A stretch of 52,230 nucleotides of DNA, from NCBI GenBank assembly GCA_020050845.1, contig JAGVJZ010000049.1:1-52230 (forward strand), given 5' to 3'. Positions 28,512 to 37,273 of this stretch are shown piece by piece (the stretch's first letter is position 1; every line of letters begins with the position of its first letter). Source of the stretch: Gammaproteobacteria bacterium (GTDB taxonomy: Bacteria; Pseudomonadota; Gammaproteobacteria; UBA6002). Below the pieces are notes generated by a model. The model did not search any database. It was not told the origin of the DNA and was given only the letters and a program-made list of their open reading frames with translations. The position numbers were made by a program, and so were the translations under genes.

Positions 28512-30350
28512 TTACCAAATGAAATAGGGCTTACTAGCTAGCCAGGCAAGGGAAATTGCCTCTGCTAATCGCCCCGGTTTTTTAATCAAGAGGTCATCAG
28601 AAAAAAAATGGTCTACTTGATTAACCAAGTGCATTGTTTTAAGCAAATTAGAATGTGCTTTTATTGATTCTCTAAGACGCTCTCCAATACCAGATCTAAT
28701 CCAATGTGGCGTATTAACGTCAAAACCTCTTTTAATTCGTGAGTGTGCAATTACTGGTGGCAACATGTTTTTAGCAATTTCTCGAACCACCCACTTACTA
28801 TAGCCTTGATTCAATTTCAGAGTATCGGGTAGCGCTAAGCCTAATTCTATTAAGCGGTAGTCAAGAAAAGGGAAACGACTCTCAATACTATTACTCATTG
28901 AGTTACGATCTTCATAACGCAATAACGAAGGCAGACTAAATTGCTCGATATCTCGAAGCTGCCGCAACCATAACTCTTCGCCTTTTTTAGTTTTCAAATC
29001 TAAAGCGCTTGAGAATCTGTGCCAACGGTCATTTTTGTCAAATGCTAGATAGCGAGGAATATTTTTAAAATAATTAGGCAGGGCCTTAAATTCCTGACAG
29101 AAACTAGGCATTAATTGCATTAAAAATTTTGACCCCGCAATATATTGCCCTTTGTGCAGAAGATTTTGAAAATAAAATAATAAATACTTTCGGTAGCCCA
29201 TGAACACTTCATCACCACCCTGCCCTCCAAGCATAACTTTAATATTATTTTCACGAGCTTTTTTAAACACTAAGTATTGCGCCACAATACTGAAGTTTGG
29301 AAATGGTGCATCTTGTAACATTAATGTTTGCCAAAACGCTGCTTGCATTTCATTTGGGCAAGGATAGGTAAACTCGACATTAGCGCCGACATGCTTGGCG
29401 GTTAATGACGTTAAGTTCGCTTCGGTCAGAACGGCATCTCTTGATCCATAAGAAAATGCAGTTAAATTTTGCTGTTCTTTACTCGCAAAGGCTGCAATCA
29501 AACCAGAATCTAGACCACCACTTAAGGCAATTCCCATATTCACGTCGGTTCGAAGGCGTATTTTAATAGCATCTGTGACTAAGTCATGAACCTGCTCTAT
29601 TAAATTAGAGGGTGTTTGGTGGCTGAGTTTATGCTTTAATAACTGAACTTCTGAACTTAATGAATAGTATTTTTTGTGAGTGATCTCAAGGTTCGGGCGG
29701 TATTTAATAGTGATAACTTCGCAAGGAGCGACTGAGTTTAATCCTTGATAAACAGTTGCGTTATTAACACCATATGTCCAATAGCGCAAACCATTTGCTA
29801 GCTCATTGAGATTAGGTTGTAATTTAAAATGTTCAGCTAGAGCGTGACTCGTAGAGGCAAAATAGAGTTCTTGCCCTTGTTGCCAATAAAACAAAGGCTT
29901 TTTACCTAAACGATCTCTCGCCAAGTAAAGTAGATTTTCTTTTTTATCAAAAATGGCCAAAGCAAACATACCATTAAACCGTGGCAAAGCATCTAGACCC
30001 CAATGCATAAAGGCTTTCAAGACTACTTCTGTGTCACCCGTTGAAAAAAAGTTAAAACCTATTTCCTGAAGATTGCTACGTAATTCAAGATAGTTATAGA
30101 GCATGCCATTGTAGACCAAGCAAAATCGCTTTTGTTCGTCCCACATTGGCTGATTTGAAGAAGGGTTGACATCAATAATTGCCAAACGATTATGTCCTAG
30201 AATAACCTGCAGCTGTTCTGTTGAAATAGCAGTTAAATCTTGATGATCTGGACCGCGGTAAATTTGTTTTTCTAATAGGTTTTGAATAAAGCTAACTTGT
30301 TGTTCAAGCTGAAAATTTTTGTTGCTAATGCTACCTGCTATGCCACACAT
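28512..30350 (-). CDS. AsnB-type glutamine-dependent amidotransferase, paralogue 1
   Basis: Has the Ntn nucleophile MCGIAGS and the PP-loop SGGLDS. 612 aa. Confidence 0.85.
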   Translation of the reverse strand: MCGIAGSISNKNFQLEQQVSFIQNLLEKQIYRGPDHQDLTAISTEQLQVILGHNRLAIIDVNPSSNQPMWDEQKRFCLVYNGMLYNYLELRSNLQEIGFNFFSTGDTEVVLKAFMHWGLDALPRFNGMFALAIFDKKENLLYLARDRLGKKPLFYWQQGQELYFASTSHALAEHFKLQPNLNELANGLRYWTYGVNNATVYQGLNSVAPCEVITIKYRPNLEITHKKYYSLSSEVQLLKHKLSHQTPSNLIEQVHDLVTDAIKIRLRTDVNMGIALSGGLDSGLIAAFASKEQQNLTAFSYGSRDAVLTEANLTSLTAKHVGANVEFTYPCPNEMQAAFWQTLMLQDAPFPNFSIVAQYLVFKKARENNIKVMLGGQGGDEVFMGYRKYLLFYFQNLLHKGQYIAGSKFLMQLMPSFCQEFKALPNYFKNIPRYLAFDKNDRWHRFSSALDLKTKKGEELWLRQLRDIEQFSLPSLLRYEDRNSMSNSIESRFPFLDYRLIELGLALPDTLKLNQGYSKWVVREIAKNMLPPVIAHSRIKRGFDVNTPHWIRSGIGERLRESIKAHSNLLKTMHLVNQVDHFFSDDLLIKKPGRLAEAISLAWLASKPYFIW

Positions 30351-30355
30351 ACACT

Positions 30356-31435
30356 TTATCCGTTACTTAAAATGGTTTGATAAAACGTTTGCAGCTGGGT
30401 TTCTTGGGTCTGCCAATTATAATATTTTTCAACCGCCTGTCTGCCTCGTAGCCCCATTTGTCGAGCTTCTTCGATATTACTCCGCAAATAAAGTATGACC
30501 TGCGCAATTTTATCGACGTCATGTGGATTAATACAAAAGCCACATTGATGTCTTTCTACAATATCTTTCCACAGAGGAAAATTTGAGGCAATTATCGGTA
30601 ACCCTGCTGCCATATATTCGAATAATTTTATCGGTAGCGAGTCGTTAAACGTAGGGCCACTATGCAACAAAGCGAGTCCCACAAAGGATTGTTGATAAAT
30701 TGTTTGTATCTTACTGCGACTTACGTGGCCATGATGAATCACCAAATCGGACTGTTTAAGGTGCTGTAAAATACTTGGAGAATAACAAGCTCCAGCCAAG
30801 TGTATTTTTAATCGCGTTTGCTGAGCTATTTGTAACATTTCCTGAACACCACGCTGCTCATTCAGCAAACCCGTGTAACAAAGAAAGTTACCTTGCAAAT
30901 TCGAACGTTCAAACTCTTCTAATACTGGATAATTGCGTACCTCAACAGCATGAAATTTTTCGAAACGTTTTTGGATTGCAGGAGTCACCGTTACAATACC
31001 TTGAAACACTGCTCCTGCTAGGCTTTCAATCCCTTCTGCAAATAACGCGATTATCTTTCTAAGTGATTTCGGAATCCAAGTCTTGAGTAAAATGTCTCGT
31101 GGCACATCTTCATGGACATCATAAATCACACGCTTACCATGAAGTCGTAAAAGTAGTCCTACTAAAATTAACTCTGGATCATGGAAATGATATAAATCCG
31201 CTTTAACACTAAGAGCCTTTCGGTACACTTGCCACAATACCCTGGTCATTCGTTGCAAACGGGAATCGGTCTTACTGACAGCAAGAATTTTAATTCCTGC
31301 TTTGATCGCGTCTTGATCAGCGGGTGCTATTAATAGCACTTCAAATCCCTGCTTCTTTAAAGACAGACATTCTTTATGAAAAATTCGAATATCATCAGCA
31401 GGATGAACAGATGTTAGATGAGCCACTGTTTTCAT
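30356..31435 (-). CDS. GT-B glycosyltransferase (GT4 family)
   Basis: Has the N-terminus HLTSVHPADDIRIFHKECLSLKKQGFEV and a C-terminal block of EX7E type (LFEYMAAGLPIIAS). Confidence 0.75.
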   Translation of the reverse strand: MKTVAHLTSVHPADDIRIFHKECLSLKKQGFEVLLIAPADQDAIKAGIKILAVSKTDSRLQRMTRVLWQVYRKALSVKADLYHFHDPELILVGLLLRLHGKRVIYDVHEDVPRDILLKTWIPKSLRKIIALFAEGIESLAGAVFQGIVTVTPAIQKRFEKFHAVEVRNYPVLEEFERSNLQGNFLCYTGLLNEQRGVQEMLQIAQQTRLKIHLAGACYSPSILQHLKQSDLVIHHGHVSRSKIQTIYQQSFVGLALLHSGPTFNDSLPIKLFEYMAAGLPIIASNFPLWKDIVERHQCGFCINPHDVDKIAQVILYLRSNIEEARQMGLRGRQAVEKYYNWQTQETQLQTFYQTILSNG

Positions 31436-33333
31436 ACGTTAAACCGCACTGCATTTAATTGTGACCATTTGATAAAATTTAACCATCGCCAATAGCGCAA
31501 GTCGAAGCCTTTCTGACCTGCTAGCATTTGATTCCATTCGGTTCGAAGTACTTGATGATTAAACACAGGCAGCGACTGCGCATAGTCACTGTGCAAAATA
31601 TTCTCGACCCATGGTTTGATTGTCAGTAACCAGTTTTTTTCTGGCGTCGCAAAACCAATTTTATCTCGTCGATTCAGTATGGCTTGTGGCACGATGCCAC
31701 GCATCGCTTCTCGGAAAATCGCCTTCGATAATCCGCTATTAGAAACAATGTATTTTTCTGGCAGTGACAAAATAAAATCGGCCAAATCAGTGGTTAAAAA
31801 TGGGACGCGACTTTCGATGGAATAGGCCATTGAATTTCGATCCGCATAACGCAGTAGCATCGGTAAAGAAGATTGACCTAACGTATGAACTAATTCTTCT
31901 TGTAATACATTTTTATCATAGGATGTTTTTAAAGGTTCCAACGCTAAATTAAATTGCGTGAACCACGAACTATTTAACCACTCGGGCAGATAACTTTTCT
32001 TGATAAGCTTGTGAAAAGGTAATTGCCATTTGTATGGCAATAGATAATAAAAAACTCGTAGTAACGTGTCACTTTTAAGAGATGCTCTCGATTGCCAAAG
32101 TACTTGCGCCACTTTATGAAACTGACCTTTTTTAACTAAAGAAGCTAATCGCGCAGCAAAGTAGAAATGATATCCCCCTAGCAACTCATCTGCGCCCTGA
32201 CCGTCTAGCATGACCTTGATGCCATGACTGGCCGCTCTTTTAAAAACCTGTTGCTGGGCATAGATACTTGAACTTCCAAAAGGCTCATCTTGTAATAAAA
32301 TCAGTTCTTCCAGATTGCTGGACAGTTCAGTTGGGTCTGCAAAAATTTTATGATTCACGATGTTAGTCTGCTGACTGACTAGATCTACCCAGTGTTCTTC
32401 AGTTAAGGCTGTATCGGCCGCGATGTAACTGTAGGTTTGGATATCCCTCTTAGGATGTAAATAGCGTATGCTACTAACGATGGCTGATGAGTCTATGCCT
32501 CCAGATAATGCGGCTGCAACTTGGACATCACTTCTTAGATGTAGTGCAATGCTATTTAAAAATTTTTCTCGTAAGGTATTGGTAGCATCTCTAAATGATA
32601 ACTCATGGGTTTGGAGTTTCGGTTGCCAGAATGCTTTAGGAGCAAACGTTTGTTTTAAATCGAGTTCCAGTTCTGCATAATGACCGGCTGGCAGTTGTTT
32701 AATTCCAGCAATTAAAGTTTCATCGTGAAAATCAGTGAGTCCTGAGCGTAAATAATGAAATAAACGGTGCGGATTGATGTTGGGTTGCAGATGTGGCAAA
32801 AGAGCTTTAAGTTCAGAAGCAAAGATAAATTTTTGATCAGATTTAAAATAATAAAGTGGTTTAATACCAAAGGGGTCACGTGCAAAAAATAATTTTCTAG
32901 CGCTTCGATCAAAAATTACCAAAGCAAACATTCCTGTTAATTTTGTTAAGCAAGCTTTCCCCCAACAAATGTAGGCGTTGAGGAGCACTTCGGTGTCACT
33001 TGAAGTTTGAAAAGAAAATCCTCGTTCTACTAATTCTTTTTTAAGTTCAAGATGGTTGTAGATTTCACCATTAAAAATTAGATAATAACGTTGTTTGGCG
33101 CAAACCATTGGTTGGGCACTATGAGCCTGAAGATCCAAAATCGATAATCGCTTATGTAACATACATAAATTAGCCGGTATGGCTGGTAACGAATCTTTTC
33201 CTAATAGAACCTGTTCGTCATTATATAAAAGCCAACCGGTATCGTCGGGACCACGGTGATGCAATAGTGTTCTCGTGTCAAAACCCGAGAAAAGTTTTAA
33301 TTCTGTCTGTAAATAGCCAAACAATCCACACAT
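31432..33333 (-). CDS. AsnB-type glutamine-dependent amidotransferase, paralogue 2
   Basis: Has MCGLFGY and the PP-loop SGGIDS. 633 aa. There is an ATGA overlap with the downstream glycosyltransferase gene. Confidence 0.85.
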   Translation of the reverse strand: MCGLFGYLQTELKLFSGFDTRTLLHHRGPDDTGWLLYNDEQVLLGKDSLPAIPANLCMLHKRLSILDLQAHSAQPMVCAKQRYYLIFNGEIYNHLELKKELVERGFSFQTSSDTEVLLNAYICWGKACLTKLTGMFALVIFDRSARKLFFARDPFGIKPLYYFKSDQKFIFASELKALLPHLQPNINPHRLFHYLRSGLTDFHDETLIAGIKQLPAGHYAELELDLKQTFAPKAFWQPKLQTHELSFRDATNTLREKFLNSIALHLRSDVQVAAALSGGIDSSAIVSSIRYLHPKRDIQTYSYIAADTALTEEHWVDLVSQQTNIVNHKIFADPTELSSNLEELILLQDEPFGSSSIYAQQQVFKRAASHGIKVMLDGQGADELLGGYHFYFAARLASLVKKGQFHKVAQVLWQSRASLKSDTLLRVFYYLLPYKWQLPFHKLIKKSYLPEWLNSSWFTQFNLALEPLKTSYDKNVLQEELVHTLGQSSLPMLLRYADRNSMAYSIESRVPFLTTDLADFILSLPEKYIVSNSGLSKAIFREAMRGIVPQAILNRRDKIGFATPEKNWLLTIKPWVENILHSDYAQSLPVFNHQVLRTEWNQMLAGQKGFDLRYWRWLNFIKWSQLNAVRFNV

Positions 33334-33334
33334 A

Positions 33335-34795
33335 TTAATTTAAAACCTTTCGTGGTAACTTTGATTGACCAAAGGCAAAGATTCGAGACCATTCTGATGG
33401 TTTCAATGCTAATAATAAAAATAACATGGTGATTATGGCACCCAGGAATAACTTTTCGATTAAATCTGCCCAAAGCAATTTGGAAAAAGAAAGATTGTAT
33501 TGATAAAAACAATAATATAACAGCACGAAGGTGGCCAAAGCTCCTACAAAACGGATTGGTTGGTAATCAATCCGATAGAGTCGTTGTGATATTAGAAAAT
33601 AACTCACACCATAGACAATGGCGCTAATTAAAGAACTTAACGCTGCACCTTCGATCCCATATTTAGGTATTAAGTAGAAGCATAATCCTAAATTTAATAT
33701 CGCAGCTAAAACATTCAAAGATGAAATGATCCCGGAGCGTTTTGCAATTATTAAACCCGGCGTGAAAATATTGATGTTAATGATGAACGTCGCAAGCGCT
33801 AAAATTGAGATTAATTTGGCAGCCCCTAAATAAGCGGGCGTCGCGAACAATAAGATAATATCCTGTCCTGCCAATAAAAGTCCTAATACAATTAAAAAAG
33901 CAAAAACCACGAATAAACGGGTGATAAATTCTAAAGAGGTTTTGGTTTGAATTTTCTGATGATTTTGATAGATAAAAGGTGGCAAAGCACTACCAACAGC
34001 ATAGAGCACTAAATTTACGACAATAACGAATCGGCAAGCTACCGCATAGATTCCGGCACTACCCATACCAAGGTAATGATTGACTAATAATTGATCGATA
34101 TAGAGAAAAGCATAAAATCCAAGATTTGAGGGTATTAACGGCGCAGAAAACGAAAGTAATTGTTTGAGTTTACTCAAATTGAACTCAGCTTTGATGCAGT
34201 CCCTAGTTGCATAAAAGGATAATAATGCGCCTAACAAATTTCCGAATAAGGACGCTAAAAATACTCCCATTGCTCCCCATCGCAGTTCTAATACCAGATA
34301 AATCGTTAATACAATCGTTAATAAAACACTGGCGATAGTTATACTGGAATACTGCACAGATTTTTGCCGCCACAGAAGCTGACTTTGTAGAATGTTAAAG
34401 ACCGTATTAATGGCTGTGCCTAAAAAGACTATCAACACTATCGACTTATTCGTTATGCTACTAAGAAATCCATAATTTAAGTGCTGATAACAGTTATAAA
34501 AAATTAGCGCGTAACAAATATTACTAACTAGAATGAACCAAAATGCGGTTGAATAATAACTGACCCTCTCCTCTTCGCTTTTCGACTCAGAATAATAAAT
34601 ACCAATCGCTTGAGTTAACTCCAAAGTCAAAAAAGGCAAGATTAAGGCCGCTACGCTCGACAAAATACTAATCAAACCATAATCATTTGGAGATAGCACT
34701 CGCGTGTAAAGCGGCAGCAACAGAAAAGAGATACCCCGTGTCAAAAAGACTCCGACAGTGTAAATAATGCTATGCCGTAAAAAATCTTTGATCAT
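33335..34795 (-). CDS. wzx: Wzx-type oligosaccharide flippase (MOP superfamily)
   Basis: A 486 aa, very hydrophobic protein with ~12-14 predicted helices and a typical polysaccharide-biosynthesis-protein N-terminus. Confidence 0.8.
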   Translation of the reverse strand: MIKDFLRHSIIYTVGVFLTRGISFLLLPLYTRVLSPNDYGLISILSSVAALILPFLTLELTQAIGIYYSESKSEEERVSYYSTAFWFILVSNICYALIFYNCYQHLNYGFLSSITNKSIVLIVFLGTAINTVFNILQSQLLWRQKSVQYSSITIASVLLTIVLTIYLVLELRWGAMGVFLASLFGNLLGALLSFYATRDCIKAEFNLSKLKQLLSFSAPLIPSNLGFYAFLYIDQLLVNHYLGMGSAGIYAVACRFVIVVNLVLYAVGSALPPFIYQNHQKIQTKTSLEFITRLFVVFAFLIVLGLLLAGQDIILLFATPAYLGAAKLISILALATFIININIFTPGLIIAKRSGIISSLNVLAAILNLGLCFYLIPKYGIEGAALSSLISAIVYGVSYFLISQRLYRIDYQPIRFVGALATFVLLYYCFYQYNLSFSKLLWADLIEKLFLGAIITMLFLLLALKPSEWSRIFAFGQSKLPRKVLN

Positions 34796-36099
34796 GGGTT
34801 TAACCCTGCAAATTTCAAGAACGCATCTTCTAAGGATGGTTTATCGCTTAAATGCAAGGACTCTTTACCAAACTGTTTTAAATAACCTAGCAGGAAAACC
34901 TTTAGTTCTGTTTCTTCAATTGCGCAGCCATGAGTATAGGTCAACTCTTGTGGATCCACATAGCAACTTAGCGGTAAATCGTTGTTGATGATCTTTAGAT
35001 ATTGTTCAGCGATCTTTTTAGGATGCCAGCACTGTTTAACAAATTGATGCGCTTTAGAACCTAAGTCAGTACGATATTCTTTATTCATCGCTAACTTTAA
35101 AATTGCGGCTTTTAGCTCCGATGGATGGCAATAATGAGTTGGAGGATGTAAGTCTGACGGCAAGGATTTCTGCCAAACATGATTCGCATAACCACACAAC
35201 ACCGTTGGTTTTTGAAACCAAGCTGCTTCGGTTGCAAGCCCTGGCATTAAAGTATCGGAAAACATTTGATCAACCAAAAAATCACAGCCTGCAATGGCCT
35301 TTAAAACTTCGACATTTGGCAGATTTTGTATTTTAATTAATTCAATATTGACACCGGATTGCTGTAATTCTTTGATGCAGTCTTCTATATATTGAGTCCC
35401 TTTCGCTATAGGATTTGAAGGCGCATGTAAAATTTTGATGGTGTCATTGTCTTGACTAGCCCCAACACTCATATCGACTGGCACACAAGTTGGCAGTCCA
35501 ATTCGCAGACAGTTAACAAACGCCTTGCTATGAAAAAGACCCATAGTCGGTAGATCAACAATGGCATCTGCATAATGGTTAATTTTTTCCAATTGTTGCT
35601 TTTTCTGCTTGGTCAACTGCTGGATCTGTTCTAAGTCGCACTGTTTGATAAAAATACCATCGATAAATGGTGGTCGTGAATCAGAGCCATGAAATTGAAA
35701 AATAATCTTTTTACGCAATAACTTTAAAAGCCGCAGATCCTGAAGTCGAAAAAAACTGGTACCATAGGAAAAAATAAATACTTTATGAGTGCACACTGCC
35801 CAACTAAATAACAACGCTTTTAAAACAACAGCATTAAATTTCCAATAATTCTGTAGCCAACCCGCACTATTTTTGAATTTATTGGCCGCATAAAGATAAG
35901 ATTTGATCAGAAAATTTTGATGTGAATTTTTATATTTAAAGCGGTGTGAAGATAAATCGATGCGAGTGACTTTTAACCCCAGTTCCTTCAAGCCCTGCTC
36001 CAATCCAACATAAAAACCGGCAATCTCGGATAATCCAAGAAAAATCTTTTTTTTAGAGCGGTTAGGAATCATAATCAGGGCCCTACTGTCAACCATCAT
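34792..36099 (-). CDS. putative glycosyltransferase (GT-B-like C-terminal half)
   Basis: The only recognisable motif is the C-terminal block MPGLATEAAWFQKPTVLCGY, which resembles the GT1/GT4 nucleotide-sugar site. There is an ATGA overlap with wzx. The start is uncertain (36099 or 36072). Confidence 0.45.
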   Translation of the reverse strand: MMVDSRALIMIPNRSKKKIFLGLSEIAGFYVGLEQGLKELGLKVTRIDLSSHRFKYKNSHQNFLIKSYLYAANKFKNSAGWLQNYWKFNAVVLKALLFSWAVCTHKVFIFSYGTSFFRLQDLRLLKLLRKKIIFQFHGSDSRPPFIDGIFIKQCDLEQIQQLTKQKKQQLEKINHYADAIVDLPTMGLFHSKAFVNCLRIGLPTCVPVDMSVGASQDNDTIKILHAPSNPIAKGTQYIEDCIKELQQSGVNIELIKIQNLPNVEVLKAIAGCDFLVDQMFSDTLMPGLATEAAWFQKPTVLCGYANHVWQKSLPSDLHPPTHYCHPSELKAAILKLAMNKEYRTDLGSKAHQFVKQCWHPKKIAEQYLKIINNDLPLSCYVDPQELTYTHGCAIEETELKVFLLGYLKQFGKESLHLSDKPSLEDAFLKFAGLNP

Positions 36100-36122
36100 C
36101 CCGCGATCAAGTCGCGGGATGA
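36096..36122. repeat. REP hairpin tcatcccgcga-tcaag-tcgcgggatga
   Basis: A perfect 11-bp stem that covers the tracked start codons of the 34792-36099 ORF. It lies in the 60-80 bp divergent spacer. Confidence 0.8.
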
Positions 36123-36181
36123 CGTGTGCTTATGGGGCATGCTAAGAGGTCGGTTCTTTATTGTCAATGAGGCTAGATAAT

Positions 36182-37273
36182 ATGTATGACGCACTGGTCA
36201 TGGGTGGAGGGGTCATTGGACTCACTATTGCTAGGCGCCTTAGCCAAGCTGGTTTAAAAATAGCTATTTTTGAAGCAAATAGCACGATTGGTCTGGAAAC
36301 TAGCTTTCGTAATAGTGCCGTTGTGCATGCTGGAATTTACTATCCTCCTGGTAGCCTCAAAGCTAAACTCTGTGTCAAAGGTAAGCACTTGCTCGAAGAC
36401 TACTGTGCAAGACAGGGTATTCCTTACCAACAGATTGGTAAACTCATTGTCGCCGCAGCTTCCGTACAAGTTCCAGACTTAGAAAGAATGTTGGCCCAAG
36501 CCAAAGAGAATGGAGGTCAAGATCTTCGAATCTTAAGTCAAACAGAACTAGCGGCTAGAGAGCCAGCAATCAAGGGAGTGGCGGCCCTTTATTCTCCCAG
36601 GACTGGCATCATTGATGGGCAAGCGTTTATTAAGAGCCTGCTTCAGGCTTTACCCAGTAATTATGTTTTAACAGGCACCAAGATAAATCAATGCCAAGTG
36701 GATTCTTACAGCTTCTCAGTTCATTCTGAATGCCAGCAAATTTTTAATAGCAGAATCCTGATCAACGCGGCAGGACTAGGAGCGGTTGCCATTGCGAAGA
36801 AGATGGAAGGATTACCCAACGAATATATTCCCACTCTTTACTACGCTAAGGGCAATTATTTTAAATATGGGAGACCTTCCCCTTTTAAACACCTAATCTA
36901 TCCCCTGCCAGAAAAAGCAGGGTTGGGTATTCATGCCACTCTCGATCTGAATGGAAACTTACGTTTTGGTCCTGACGTTGAGTGGGTGGAAGACATTGAT
37001 TATAAAACCAACCTTGAGCGAAAAACCGATTTCCTCAAAGCGATCTCTGAGTATTTTCCAGAAATTAAAGCTCAAGATTTAATCCCTGATGATCAGCATA
37101 CTGGGATACGTCCTAAAATTCTGCCAGCTGATAAGCAACCTCAAGATTTTATAATTAGTACATCCGAAGATCATGGCATAAAAGGTTTAGTGAATTTATT
37201 TGGCATAGAATCGCCAGGGTTAACAAGTGCTTTAGCTATTGCGGATTATGTTGTGGATTATTGTGCCATATAG
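36182..37273 (+). CDS. FAD-dependent oxidoreductase, L-2-hydroxyglutarate oxidase (LhgO)-like
   Basis: MYDALVMGGGVIGLT and HAGIYYPPGSLKAKLC match the E. coli LhgO N-terminus as I recall it (MYDFVIIGGG.., HAGVYYTPGSLKAQ). ATG 36182 has GAGG 9 nt upstream; the tracked start at 36161 is TTG. Confidence 0.75.
   Translation: MYDALVMGGGVIGLTIARRLSQAGLKIAIFEANSTIGLETSFRNSAVVHAGIYYPPGSLKAKLCVKGKHLLEDYCARQGIPYQQIGKLIVAAASVQVPDLERMLAQAKENGGQDLRILSQTELAAREPAIKGVAALYSPRTGIIDGQAFIKSLLQALPSNYVLTGTKINQCQVDSYSFSVHSECQQIFNSRILINAAGLGAVAIAKKMEGLPNEYIPTLYYAKGNYFKYGRPSPFKHLIYPLPEKAGLGIHATLDLNGNLRFGPDVEWVEDIDYKTNLERKTDFLKAISEYFPEIKAQDLIPDDQHTGIRPKILPADKQPQDFIISTSEDHGIKGLVNLFGIESPGLTSALAIADYVVDYCAI

Noticed and set aside
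30775-32912. Small ORFs of 66-95 aa overlapping the glycosyltransferase and AsnB-2 genes
   Set aside because: They are shadow ORFs within long, motif-bearing genes.
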